In this document: positions 55,066 to 64,000 of the stretch, piece after piece
Layout of the letters: each line of letters starts with the position of its first letter
Numbering within the stretch: the stretch's first letter is position 1
Translations under genes and position numbers: made by a program
NCBI GenBank assembly: GCA_004431415.1
Contig: QPMI01000047.1
Coordinates: 62,001 to 126,000, forward strand
Reading direction: 5' to 3'
Source: Cyanophora paradoxa CCMP329
Lineage: Eukaryota > Plantae > Glaucophyta
DNA: 64,000 nt
Notes under the pieces: generated by a model
What the model was told of the DNA's origin: nothing
Databases searched by the model: none
What the model saw: the letters and a program-made list of their open reading frames with translations, nothing else

Positions 55066-55722
55066 TTACGGTAAATCAGGGCGGAAGATCTTAACAACGA
55101 TGCTGTTTCTATCGTATGTAAACCACCCATTATGCTTGTCCCACGATGCCCCGTTTTCCTTTAAGAATTTGCGCAAGGTCGCCCGAGATGTAATAGTTAA
55201 TCCATGCGCTTCGAATTTAGGATAGGACTGTGAAAGGTCTCTCCGCGGCACATCTAAATAAACGCGCCGCAACGCTTCCTGACGTTCACGATCGCGATTC
55301 ATTTCTAACTTCCGAGACTGAGCATGAATTATTGCGAAAAGAAGGTCTTGTGAATTTCCATTAATTCCAGATCCTTCAAAGACTTTGATAGGGTCAATTA
55401 CTTCCACAAAATCGGCAGCAATTACGTTTGTGTCTTCTTCAAATAACTCCCTCCTCTCCTCGCGCGGTATTTCCGGATACGTAAACCAGAAGAAGCGATT
55501 GTCGACCATCCCATACATCCTATTGGGGTTTGCAGGAAAATACCCGATCATAGAGAAATTTAAGTTCTGAACATCCATCATACCGACAAGACGGACAATC
55601 GCATTAATTCGTTCATTACTCAGTCCGAGAAAGGTAGCAAAGACGGGGTTGCCTTCGATTGGAATGCTCATTATAGCGCGGTGGCGCCCGCGGTCTTCAT
55701 CGCCTTCAAATGCGTTGTCCAT
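55066..55722 (-). CDS. Hypothetical protein, 218 aa, C-terminal KENGASWD..GW (DUF5710-like) motif
   Basis: Long ORF preceded by the conserved upstream motif. Confidence 0.65.
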   Translation of the reverse strand: MDNAFEGDEDRGRHRAIMSIPIEGNPVFATFLGLSNERINAIVRLVGMMDVQNLNFSMIGYFPANPNRMYGMVDNRFFWFTYPEIPREERRELFEEDTNVIAADFVEVIDPIKVFEGSGINGNSQDLLFAIIHAQSRKLEMNRDRERQEALRRVYLDVPRRDLSQSYPKFEAHGLTITSRATLRKFLKENGASWDKHNGWFTYDRNSIVVKIFRPDLP

Positions 55723-55839
55723 TGTCGCCTTTTACTTTAAGCTGAGAAAATATTTTCCTGTTGCCTAAATGTAGCGCGTTCTCCTTAAATCATTTTGCGT
55801 TGCCCACGGGCTTTCAATTTTTACCGCGATTACAGATAA

Positions 55840-56004
55840 ATGGACGCCCCGGTATGGGACGCGCACCCGATCCCTAATTACTTCCTAATTGAACCCGGCG
55901 ACCCCTTTTTACGGTGCATTTGGCTTCTCCATATTCTAAGGCGACAGCTCCTTCAATTAGAGCGCAAACCGAGAAAAAGAACGCACGATAAGATAGACGA
56001 CTAA
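55840..56004 (+). CDS. Possible 54-aa small protein (MDAPVWDAHP...) below the ORF-track cutoff
   Basis: Fills the gap between neighbouring genes; AT-rich leader; stop overlaps the polB stop. Confidence 0.35.
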   Translation: MDAPVWDAHPIPNYFLIEPGDPFLRCIWLLHILRRQLLQLERKPRKRTHDKIDD

Positions 56005-59000
56005 CAGCCGAATGGAAGGCTATGTATGCCGTCGCCTGATATGCAGCGCTTGCTATCGAATTGGGTCAGCGCTATCCGCTTGCTCTCCAAATCATATAAG
56101 TGGTGGCATCGCCGTTGCTTGTTTACTACTGTTACTGTTTTTGTGATCCCGTCAAATAGGCAGCGCTTAAAGTCGTCGAAATGCACCTCTTTCGAGGCTG
56201 TCCCGCTCATTTTTACCTTGTCGTAGCTCTCAGTGCGGAAAGCATATAGCTTCGGTCGCAGTCCCACATACTCCACTATCTTGACGTCGGGCATCTCATT
56301 TTTATATTTACCGGGAACCATCCGGTTCTCGGGGCTATAAGGGCAATCTAAATGAGGGCTGATCTCTCGCATGCCCGCTTCCAGATCCGCGCTCTCTATA
56401 TACAGACAGAACGAGTCGGTATCGTGGAACAGCAGCTGAGCTTGCGACCAGGTGGGTCGGATCACGTCGTAAAAGAAGCTATAATTATGGAGCTTCGCGG
56501 CATCCAGCACATAAGCGCCAATCGCAACCGGTTTATCGAGTTTTACGTGTTTGCTATACATTTCGAATGCGACCGCAGTCTCGTTTAATACATTCGTCGC
56601 TTTTACCAGTGGGCTCGCGGCGTATTTCTTAAACAGCTTCGTGCTATTCGCGATCTTTACCACTGAGCGCCCTCGACACGATTCCAGGCATTTACCGTAA
56701 ATAGCATTGTTCATTAATTTAAAGAAGTCGCTCTCGAATTTATTCCGGGCTTCCTTTCGCAGTTTCGTGTTTAGATCTATATAGGGCTTCATAAATGCAG
56801 CGGTTGCAAACGAGAGCACACGGTGGATCTTAGTAACTACGATCCCCTTTTTTACCATATAGAGCAGCATCGGCTGAGAGACCACGTAATTATATTTCGG
56901 AGTAAACGAGGCGATCAGCTTCGGATCTTTACTGAGCTTCTCGCCGCTAATCTCCAAAAGCCCACGCTGATATTTGCCGAGCATGTCCGCAGTAATTACC
57001 TCTTTACTCACGATTAGCGGGAAATCGCGATGGTCAGCCTTTAAATAGTCCGGATACGCAAGGTCGACCTCTATAAATGCACTCCGCCCTACAACCTCGG
57101 TAAAAGCCGTGCTTGTGTCGTCCCAGCGATAGTCCCCGACCGGTAAAGGCTGACTGAGCGCATAGCCATACAGATTATTCGCATCCAATAGCACTATATG
57201 TTTATCCTCGCTATTAGCCTCGGCATATCGTGTGGGCATGGTCGCAAAGCCGCCCCTAATTGCCCGCTCAATAAATTCGTATTGATCCGCATCGCTGATC
57301 TGTTCTATCGCGACCCTCGTATGCTTTAACATCGCGTCCCACGATAGTCCCGGTGCGCTCACATAATGCGTGGGATCCAGTCCGTATTGCTCATGGGCGA
57401 GCATGCTGAATTTACCGAATTTTACCATGAGATCATTAACATCGGACGCCTGAAAATCCATGAAATTCGAGGCGTCTATAAACTTGTAAAGTCCCCACTG
57501 TAAAGAGAAATACTCGTCGAAATTCTTACTCAGGATCTCGACCCGCAGCTTATCGTCTTGCTGTGCGATTTTCCTGAATATAGCATGCCCGCACTCGTCC
57601 ATCCGATCAATGACCACGGCTACTTTCGTTTGCTTTGAGATCCGCCTATGTAAATTGCATTTTCGGCAAGCTTTCCCTATATAATCGCCGCTTTGGTGAC
57701 AGTGATCGCGCACAGGGAAGTTTTCGTGGGTAAACCGCTGATTGCATATATAGCAGTGTTTGGTGATTTTATAGGCTTGCTTTTGCGCCTCTGTGAGCGG
57801 GCTCATAGGTGTGTTGGTAAATAGTGTATTAAGCATCTCGCGGCACAGATCGCCTAACGTGGTAAACATCTGTCCCAGCGGATCCACGCCCTCGAATTCG
57901 TGATTTTCAACATGAGAGCCCATAACAACATTAAGTGCCACCGACTTTACCTCTCGCTTGGTTCTATTTGGTTCATTAGGAACCGGCACCGACTCTATTT
58001 CTACCTTGCAGTAACAGACAGTAGGAAGCCACACCATTTTCCTTAGGTGTTGCAGTCCGAAAGTAATAAAGCTTCCGGATTCCGGGCATTTACCTTTACT
58101 CAGCCGCCAATCGATACAGCGATTAGAGTCGGTGTGGCTATCGAGTTTCTCCTGTGATCGGAACCGGGACAAGCAGGTTTCGCAGTAGAAAATGCGCCCG
58201 TCGTTTGCTTTATCAAAGGTGGTCTTTAAGAGGCGGCTCAGTGACATAATCATAATATAGTGACCCTGTCCGTTTGCGTCCTCGATCAGCAGCAGGTTTA
58301 CCTTCGATTTACGACGCGGATTACTTGACATGTGAAGTGGGTAAAAGGTTTGGGTCGCATTGTCGGCGCCATATATATTAATTGACAGCTCGGGATTATT
58401 GTCCTCGAAACGATCTATTAATGCAGCATCGCAAGCCACCGGGAAATTAATGCCTGAGAAGTCGAGTTCAGTCATCCACCGCCTATATTGGAACGGATCA
58501 TTACGTTTGTGTCTGTTTATGTCGTTTCTGTGCAGCCATGCGAGGATAGCGTAATTAAAACAGTCGTGACCATCGATATTCTTAATATTTACTGTGGCTC
58601 GCTTTAATCCAATCCATTCGGGGGTCTCAATGTAGCAGCCGCCCATCGGCGCATACGACAAAACGGCGACATGTAGCTTATCTAATTTACTTAGCCGGTA
58701 GCTGTCGACCTGTATCATCTGTTCATTCATTTGCTGAGCTACACCCACTAACTCAGTGAGAATATTGCGCGACCTTGTGATTACGAAATAATCGCTGTAA
58801 ATGTGTTTGGTGATAAAAACGTTAGGATCACTCACTTTTACGTATCGACAGATGAAAGTAAGGCGCACCTTAATAGCTTTGAGCTCGTCCAGCCTCTCTT
58901 TCAGCCGCCCAGGCAGGTTTGCAGCGATGGTAGTGAGAAATTCCACCGGATCTAAGATTATCTGTTCATCCGCCTTATAGCTATACCAGGCGTATGCTTT

Positions 59001-59264
59001 ATTCATTGCGAAACCGTCGTCCTCATCGGGTTCTATGACGGCTAAGCGCCGCCCTTCGGTATAGAAGCGCTCCACATTTTCCAGGCGATTGTAGAGCTCG
59101 TCGGCAATATTCGCAAGGTTAGCTAAGCGGGGTTTTCGATCTAAGATCGCCGCCCTCCGATCGTATTCGGCTTCGGTGATCTCCCCAGTGACTAAAAGAC
59201 TACCTAACAAGCCTAATATTTCGTCCTTTTTCTCTTTTATAAGGCGATTGGTTTGGCGGGGCAT
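56001..59264 (-). CDS. polB: pPolB with degenerate 3'-5' exonuclease, 1087 aa
   Basis: LLDANNLYG, KLMNNAIYGK, HDTDS, GLRPKLY; RDHCH endonuclease VII-like insert; exonuclease motifs altered or deleted. Confidence 0.92.
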   Translation of the reverse strand: MPRQTNRLIKEKKDEILGLLGSLLVTGEITEAEYDRRAAILDRKPRLANLANIADELYNRLENVERFYTEGRRLAVIEPDEDDGFAMNKAYAWYSYKADEQIILDPVEFLTTIAANLPGRLKERLDELKAIKVRLTFICRYVKVSDPNVFITKHIYSDYFVITRSRNILTELVGVAQQMNEQMIQVDSYRLSKLDKLHVAVLSYAPMGGCYIETPEWIGLKRATVNIKNIDGHDCFNYAILAWLHRNDINRHKRNDPFQYRRWMTELDFSGINFPVACDAALIDRFEDNNPELSINIYGADNATQTFYPLHMSSNPRRKSKVNLLLIEDANGQGHYIMIMSLSRLLKTTFDKANDGRIFYCETCLSRFRSQEKLDSHTDSNRCIDWRLSKGKCPESGSFITFGLQHLRKMVWLPTVCYCKVEIESVPVPNEPNRTKREVKSVALNVVMGSHVENHEFEGVDPLGQMFTTLGDLCREMLNTLFTNTPMSPLTEAQKQAYKITKHCYICNQRFTHENFPVRDHCHQSGDYIGKACRKCNLHRRISKQTKVAVVIDRMDECGHAIFRKIAQQDDKLRVEILSKNFDEYFSLQWGLYKFIDASNFMDFQASDVNDLMVKFGKFSMLAHEQYGLDPTHYVSAPGLSWDAMLKHTRVAIEQISDADQYEFIERAIRGGFATMPTRYAEANSEDKHIVLLDANNLYGYALSQPLPVGDYRWDDTSTAFTEVVGRSAFIEVDLAYPDYLKADHRDFPLIVSKEVITADMLGKYQRGLLEISGEKLSKDPKLIASFTPKYNYVVSQPMLLYMVKKGIVVTKIHRVLSFATAAFMKPYIDLNTKLRKEARNKFESDFFKLMNNAIYGKCLESCRGRSVVKIANSTKLFKKYAASPLVKATNVLNETAVAFEMYSKHVKLDKPVAIGAYVLDAAKLHNYSFFYDVIRPTWSQAQLLFHDTDSFCLYIESADLEAGMREISPHLDCPYSPENRMVPGKYKNEMPDVKIVEYVGLRPKLYAFRTESYDKVKMSGTASKEVHFDDFKRCLFDGITKTVTVVNKQRRCHHLYDLESKRIALTQFDSKRCISGDGIHSLPFGC

Positions 59265-59393
59265 CTTTTACTCTAAGGGAACATTTTAATTTCGGGAAAG
59301 GACGCGTTTACCCGATGTAGAATGTCGGAAATCATTTAAAGAGAATGCAAAAAATGACATGAAAAACGTTTTCCGTCTAATATTGTAAAGAGC

Positions 59394-60248
59394 ATGGCGG
59401 CGAAACCGATGTCCTATTTGGAGCGCTTAAAGGAAGCCTTGCGCGACCTGTGTGGCTCTGATGATTTCCATGACTATGTAAGCTTAGGAAGTAACAAAAA
59501 CCTTGGGTTGCTCTCAACCAAACTGAAAAAATACGATTTAGACCTACATCATCTCCCTCGGGATTCCCCTACATGTGCATGCACGCATGATATAGTGGAG
59601 CAGTGTTATATATTGCATGTCGCCAAAAAGATCCCTGTTGTGGTCGGAAATTGCTGTATAAAACGCTTTATTCCCAAAGAGTTCCGCTGTGATGTCTGTA
59701 AGCACTGTGGGGATCGTCACAGGAACCGCAAAGACAACTACTGTAAGAAATGTCGCCCACTCATTGCACGTCAGAGGTGGATCGAAGAACAGCATGAACG
59801 AATGAAAGAAGAAGAAGCGGAGAGAGAGCAACGAGCAGAACGCATAAGGTTGTTTGAGGAACACCAGAGGTTGTTTGAGGAACACCAAAGGCGCCTCAGA
59901 GACGAAAAATGGCTTGAACGCTTTCAGAAAGAAATGAATTTAAGAGAGTTCGCGATGTGGGCAACAGACTTCATTGAATCCATGGAAGAAAGCCGTGAGG
60001 AAGATATTGAGAAGTTCAGAGCTGATAGAAAGAAATTCGTCGACAGGTTAGCCGAATGCAGCTCAATCGATGGGGTTCAGGTTACCGTAGGTTTTCGAGT
60101 CCCATTGAACAGGAAGGATATACCAAAATCCCTCAATTGCAATAGGGTTAGGGTTTTCACATGGGAAACGTCTACTGTCGAGCAAACCATTGAACTACTC
60201 AAAAAACACTTCACGATGGATTATATAAACATAACCGTAGAAACGTAA
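59394..60248 (+). CDS. Cys-rich zinc-finger plus coiled-coil hypothetical protein, 284 aa
   Basis: CACTH..VGNCCIKRF..CKHC..NYCKKC. Confidence 0.7.
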   Translation: MAAKPMSYLERLKEALRDLCGSDDFHDYVSLGSNKNLGLLSTKLKKYDLDLHHLPRDSPTCACTHDIVEQCYILHVAKKIPVVVGNCCIKRFIPKEFRCDVCKHCGDRHRNRKDNYCKKCRPLIARQRWIEEQHERMKEEEAEREQRAERIRLFEEHQRLFEEHQRRLRDEKWLERFQKEMNLREFAMWATDFIESMEESREEDIEKFRADRKKFVDRLAECSSIDGVQVTVGFRVPLNRKDIPKSLNCNRVRVFTWETSTVEQTIELLKKHFTMDYINITVET

Positions 60249-60289
60249 GCCGATTGTATACGTGGTAAATAGCTGACTTTTTTGTTTTT

Positions 60290-60506
60290 CGATAGGGTGG
60301 GGAGGGTGGGGTGAGGTGGGGCATTTTTTGAGTTCCAATAAAAAATTCTCCCACCCAAACATTTTGGGCAAAAAAGACCCCACCCAACCCCACCCTCCCC
60401 ACCCTGTATTAACAACTATACTTTACACTGAATTCAATGTGTTTTAAGTTATAAAAATAAGATATATCAATGTTAGAATGAAACCAGGTGGGGTGTAGGG
60501 TGGGGT
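60290..60506. other. Origin-like G-rich iteron/AT-rich cassette directly after the helicase stop
   Basis: Three GGTGGGG direct, three inverted, AT-rich spacer, two direct; homologous and near-identical in length to the 44601-44818 unit. Confidence 0.6.
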
Positions 60507-63124
60507 CAGGCTTCCACATCTGAATCCTCGAATTTGGTGCCCCTTTTCTTTGGTTGCGGCTGAGGCGAGTCATCTTCTTTAATCGAATCATCATCGATTA
60601 GCTTCAACTTTCGGAATTCAGCCATCATCTCATTCCACAGGAAGTGGTAGTTCGATTTTCCATTGGTCGTTTTCACTTGAATATATGTAGTCGTGCGCAT
60701 CTCAGTATAGAACCGCTTGCTATTATAATCGTTTTTGTATTTGTTTTCAGAGATGAAGTCTTTGAACAATTCCCATGTCGATGCAAGACCGCCCAGCTTC
60801 GTTTTCAGCTCTGTAACCCGCTCACTATCGACAAGCCACTTCGCAAACATCAGGATAATAGGTGCAGCCGCTTGCTGAACTAAGTAGTATCGGTTTGTAA
60901 GCGGTCTGTCTTGACTCCAATTGACTTTCTCGCAATTTACTTTCGTCCTGAGATACTGAACGATATTGCGAATATTTCTCATATCATTCAGCCACTCAAC
61001 AAGCGGGGCGAAATAATCCTTATTACAGCGCTGTTTGTCACTCACCTCAATAACGACAAAGCGACGATCATCAGCCTCGATTTTCACAGGCACAGTATTG
61101 TTACTTGTGAAAACGATTCGCGCGAAATTCTTCTTATCATACGAGTCTATTCCTTTGTGCTCGATTACAATCTTCGGGGCTGTGACAATATCTTTGAGAA
61201 GGTCGCTATGTTCAAAGGTATCCTTTCCAGAAGCTTCATTTACCACAATCATAATCTTATCCTCCCGGTTGTGAGCAAATCGCCCGAATAGATCATCCTT
61301 TGGTTTGGCTGTCGAGTATGCCAATGCATCACCGAGGATCTTCTTCTCAAAGGTATCAATGAGCATATTCTTTCCAGCGCCTTGGCGACCTAGGAAGATG
61401 AGGGACACGTTATTTAGTTCCCCCGGCTTTTGCATCATGTGGGCAAACCACTTTTTAAGATAATCGAATGTCTTATCATCTTCGCCTGACATTAAATATA
61501 GATGTGTCAGAAAAGGCTGAATCATCTCTTCTGTCACATCCTCGGGGGCGGCTCCTCGAATTCTTCATGATCAATCTTGAATCCAGGGTAGAGATTAAAC
61601 ACAGACTTGCATTTCGCGCTCAGCTTTGCAGGAGGCGGCAGGAAATCCATATAAGTGGATCGTGTCGCCCTTGGGTCAGTAATCCATTCAGGTAGCGTTT
61701 TTACCCACTTTTCGGTTTGGTTCTCAGTCCCCTCATTGAGAATCACCTTGTGAAACAGATGGGGAAAATGTTTGGTCGCCAATTTCGTAATATCTTTCGG
61801 TCGCCAGGATAATAGCTGTTCATCCCAATACATGACAGTGCCGATGCTCTCGATGTGATGCAGCCTCGCATTTAAATATCGCAGATGGACTTCAAAGCTA
61901 TCGACCATAGGTGGAATGGGGCAGTCTTGTAGTCAATATCGTCGGAATCCTCAGGCTGAAACGAATATTTCTTGGGAATAGCTTATTATAACTGTCGCTG
62001 TTATCCTTTTTCAGCCAGTAAACAATCGAACCGAATGTGACTCGCTTCCCTTCCACCATTTTCTTGCCTTTGCAAAGGCTCATGAACTTCTCATGACAGT
62101 CATCATATTCATATTTTTCGCTTTTCTCCGAGAACTTATGAAATAGCTCTACTTGTTGCTTGCGAGGGATATTGTTGTCTTCGCAAGTATTGATTATAGC
62201 AATACCTACGTCGATCCATGTCTTATATTCATTAGCTCGCTCGCCACTGAGGCTCATAATGACTTCTTGCAACAGTTCAAACGAAACCTTATTATCTTTG
62301 AGATCCTCCAACACCTCCTCCTTCTTCTTCACAGGTTCTTTACAGGGCTTGTCCTTAACAGACTTGGGCGCCACCGTTTGCTTAGGTTCCTCAGGCTTTG
62401 TAGCTTCCTTTGGTTTATCGACCGCAAAGGCTGACATGGTGTCTACTTCCACCCACTTAGTGGGGCGATCGAAACATTGCACCAGGAAAAAACCATCGTG
62501 CATGCCTTCTTTCTCGCAATCAATAAACTTAGTGAACACCACATTCTTATCGACATCGTGCTTTGATTTGCTTTGAGCGTCCAAAGCTTCGCCTTTGCAG
62601 CAACGGAGGCAGATCAGGTTTTGAGTTGTTCCATAAACGCCACTATCGAATTCGACATTTTTGATGAGACCCATCGCTTTAAAAAGCTTTGGAATGTCTT
62701 CGTGGCGGCAGACCAGATCGGTAAATACGAAATGCCCGGAAATCTTGAACTTAGTGACATTCTCTTTGATTAAATGAACCCGGCGATGGCGAACAGCAAC
62801 CGCAATTGTAGATCCCGACAGGGTTTGCAATTTCTTGCGCATTTCCCTGATGATCTCTTCGGCTTCCTTATAGTTGTCGGCTACATCAGGTTTCAGATCA
62901 ACGAACTTGTCCAGATCCAGATAAACACGAGTCACTTGATCAGGTTGTATGCATTCCGCCCATGTAGGATAGGTCATATTGTCCCGTTTCTTTGAGTTAT
63001 TGATGCGCTCAATAATTTCATCATCGGTTAACTCAACCAAATTAGACGTATTGCGAGAACCAGTCAGACATTTCAGAAAGGTGCCCTTGACATTAGAGAA
63101 TGCGAATTTCGTGATAGCGTCCAT
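60506..63124 (-). CDS. AEP primase-polymerase + PriCT-2 + SF3 (D5/NrS-1-like) helicase, ~873 aa, split by three homopolymer frameshifts
   Basis: RVYLDLD, KISGHFVF, FDSGVY (AEP); EYKTWIDVGIA..FSEKSEKY (PriCT-2); GRQGAGKN, IVVNEA, VFTSNN, DDRRF (helicase). One added C at each of ~61975, ~61920 and ~61545 restores a single frame. Confidence 0.85.
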
Positions 63125-63132
63125 CTTCTCTG

Positions 63133-63160
63133 TTTTACTCTAAGCGGAGAAAATATTTTT
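63133..63160 (-). promoter_or_regulatory. Conserved virus-2 upstream motif AAAATATTTTCTCxGCTTAxAGTAA (also 63576-63600, 55731-55756, degenerate at 59266-59290)
   Basis: 19-bp identity between 63141-63159 and 63582-63600; similar short distance to ATG. Confidence 0.7.
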
Positions 63161-63270
63161 CAGGTTGTTCATTTTTTGCGCATTATCCTTAAATCCCTTT
63201 ACAGTTTTTTCCCGATGATAAAATCGATTAGCATCGGGGCAATCGATAGTATGGTAAGGAGCTTCCCGAT

Positions 63271-63564
63271 TTACATCGGAAAGCCGCACGAAAAATAAGG
63301 AATGCGCTCAGCGGCAATCGAGAGTTTGCGTTTTCTAATACTTACGGGGGCGCCCCGCTTTCCCATATGGCTTCCCTCCTCGGCTTTGCGACGATAATAC
63401 GATTCCAAAGCCATCTTCTTCTTGAATTCGCGATATTCGGGATCCTCGTTATACCGATTCCGCATTTTGATGATTTCACGGATCCGATAATTAAGTCCGT
63501 CGCCTTTCTTCATGTCCTCAGTGACAAGCTTTGCCTCAATATTTACAGCAGCGATGGTGGTCAT
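63271..63564 (-). CDS. Small basic protein, 97 aa
   Basis: RNRYNEDPEYREFKKK..ESYYRRK..KRGAP; conserved leader motif. Confidence 0.65.
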   Translation of the reverse strand: MTTIAAVNIEAKLVTEDMKKGDGLNYRIREIIKMRNRYNEDPEYREFKKKMALESYYRRKAEEGSHMGKRGAPVSIRKRKLSIAAERIPYFSCGFPM

Positions 63565-64000
63565 CTTTTCGTTCCTTACTATAAGCGGAGAAAATATTTT
63601 ATCAGTCGTATTTCCTATTTCTTCTTTAAATCATTTTCTGAGCTGTCATTTTTTGTGATCGAAGCGAGTTCTTCTCTACGTTTTTTAATAGCGACTTCCA
63701 ATGCGTATTGCGCGCGTTTCCTGTATAGGATCGCGTAGAGATCGGGGTCGGGCATTCGATACTATTTAACGCGAAAATAGTTTCAGCGATCGTATTCGCC
63801 CAAATAAAGCGGATTTATTGGCGGATACGGGGAATCAACGCGAAAATGACCTTCCACGGAATTAGGGCACGAGCGGCGTCTTATATAGGATACTTGCACG
63901 TCTTCTATTGCTGTCTGTGGGACTATATTGGAGTTCGCAGGCACAGGCGAGGGCGATTGAGATCGGGACGATCGTGATTATCACTGTGGTTGGAATATAC

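Larger units (their letters stand above)
53220..64000. mobile_element. Second endogenous Polinton-like/virophage-like virus, truncated by the window end; left boundary approximate
   Basis: Intronless rve integrase, pPolB and primase-helicase with shared AT-rich leaders; TIR/TSD cannot be tested. Confidence 0.85.

Noticed and set aside
60506-63124. Three separate genes, programmed frameshifting, or a pseudogene
   Set aside because: All three breaks are fixed by adding one base to a C/G run, and similar homopolymer indels occur elsewhere in the window, so sequencing error is the simplest explanation. Accurate reads are needed to confirm.
1-64000. rRNA/tRNA genes and bacterial origin of the contig
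   Set aside because: No recognisable structured RNA genes; spliceosomal introns and Polinton-type elements indicate a eukaryote. The host taxon cannot be named from this sequence.

Overview
GC-rich, intron-containing eukaryotic (protist-like) genomic DNA carrying two integrated Polinton/Maverick-like DNA viruses. Host part: a long ankyrin-repeat gene followed by (possibly fused to) a tandem TIR-TIR region (217-7425), a response-regulator receiver gene (minus strand), four ~250-bp TA-target MITEs, a zinc-finger/multi-AP2-like gene, and a single-pass membrane protein with a cytoplasmic HET domain. Virus 1 (15712-39262, 23.55 kb) is complete, with 456-bp TIRs and a 6-bp TSD (CCAGGT). It encodes pPolB, rve integrase, packaging ATPase, a major capsid protein, two penton-like proteins, a patatin lipase, a 1948-aa fibre with an S74 chaperone and two HNH-AP2 genes. 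It sits exactly on a splice donor of the host AP2-like gene. Virus 2 (~53220 to the window end, truncated) encodes rve integrase, a pPolB with an eroded exonuclease and an AEP-PriCT-2-SF3 primase-helicase followed by a 217-bp G-rich iteron/AT-rich origin-like cassette. The same cassette occurs as a triple array in an AT-rich, hairpin-bounded segment that cuts off the HET gene and lies inside a 3.38-kb tandem duplication (six copies in total). All calls were made by eye from motifs; no database searches were run, and host exon boundaries are approximate.
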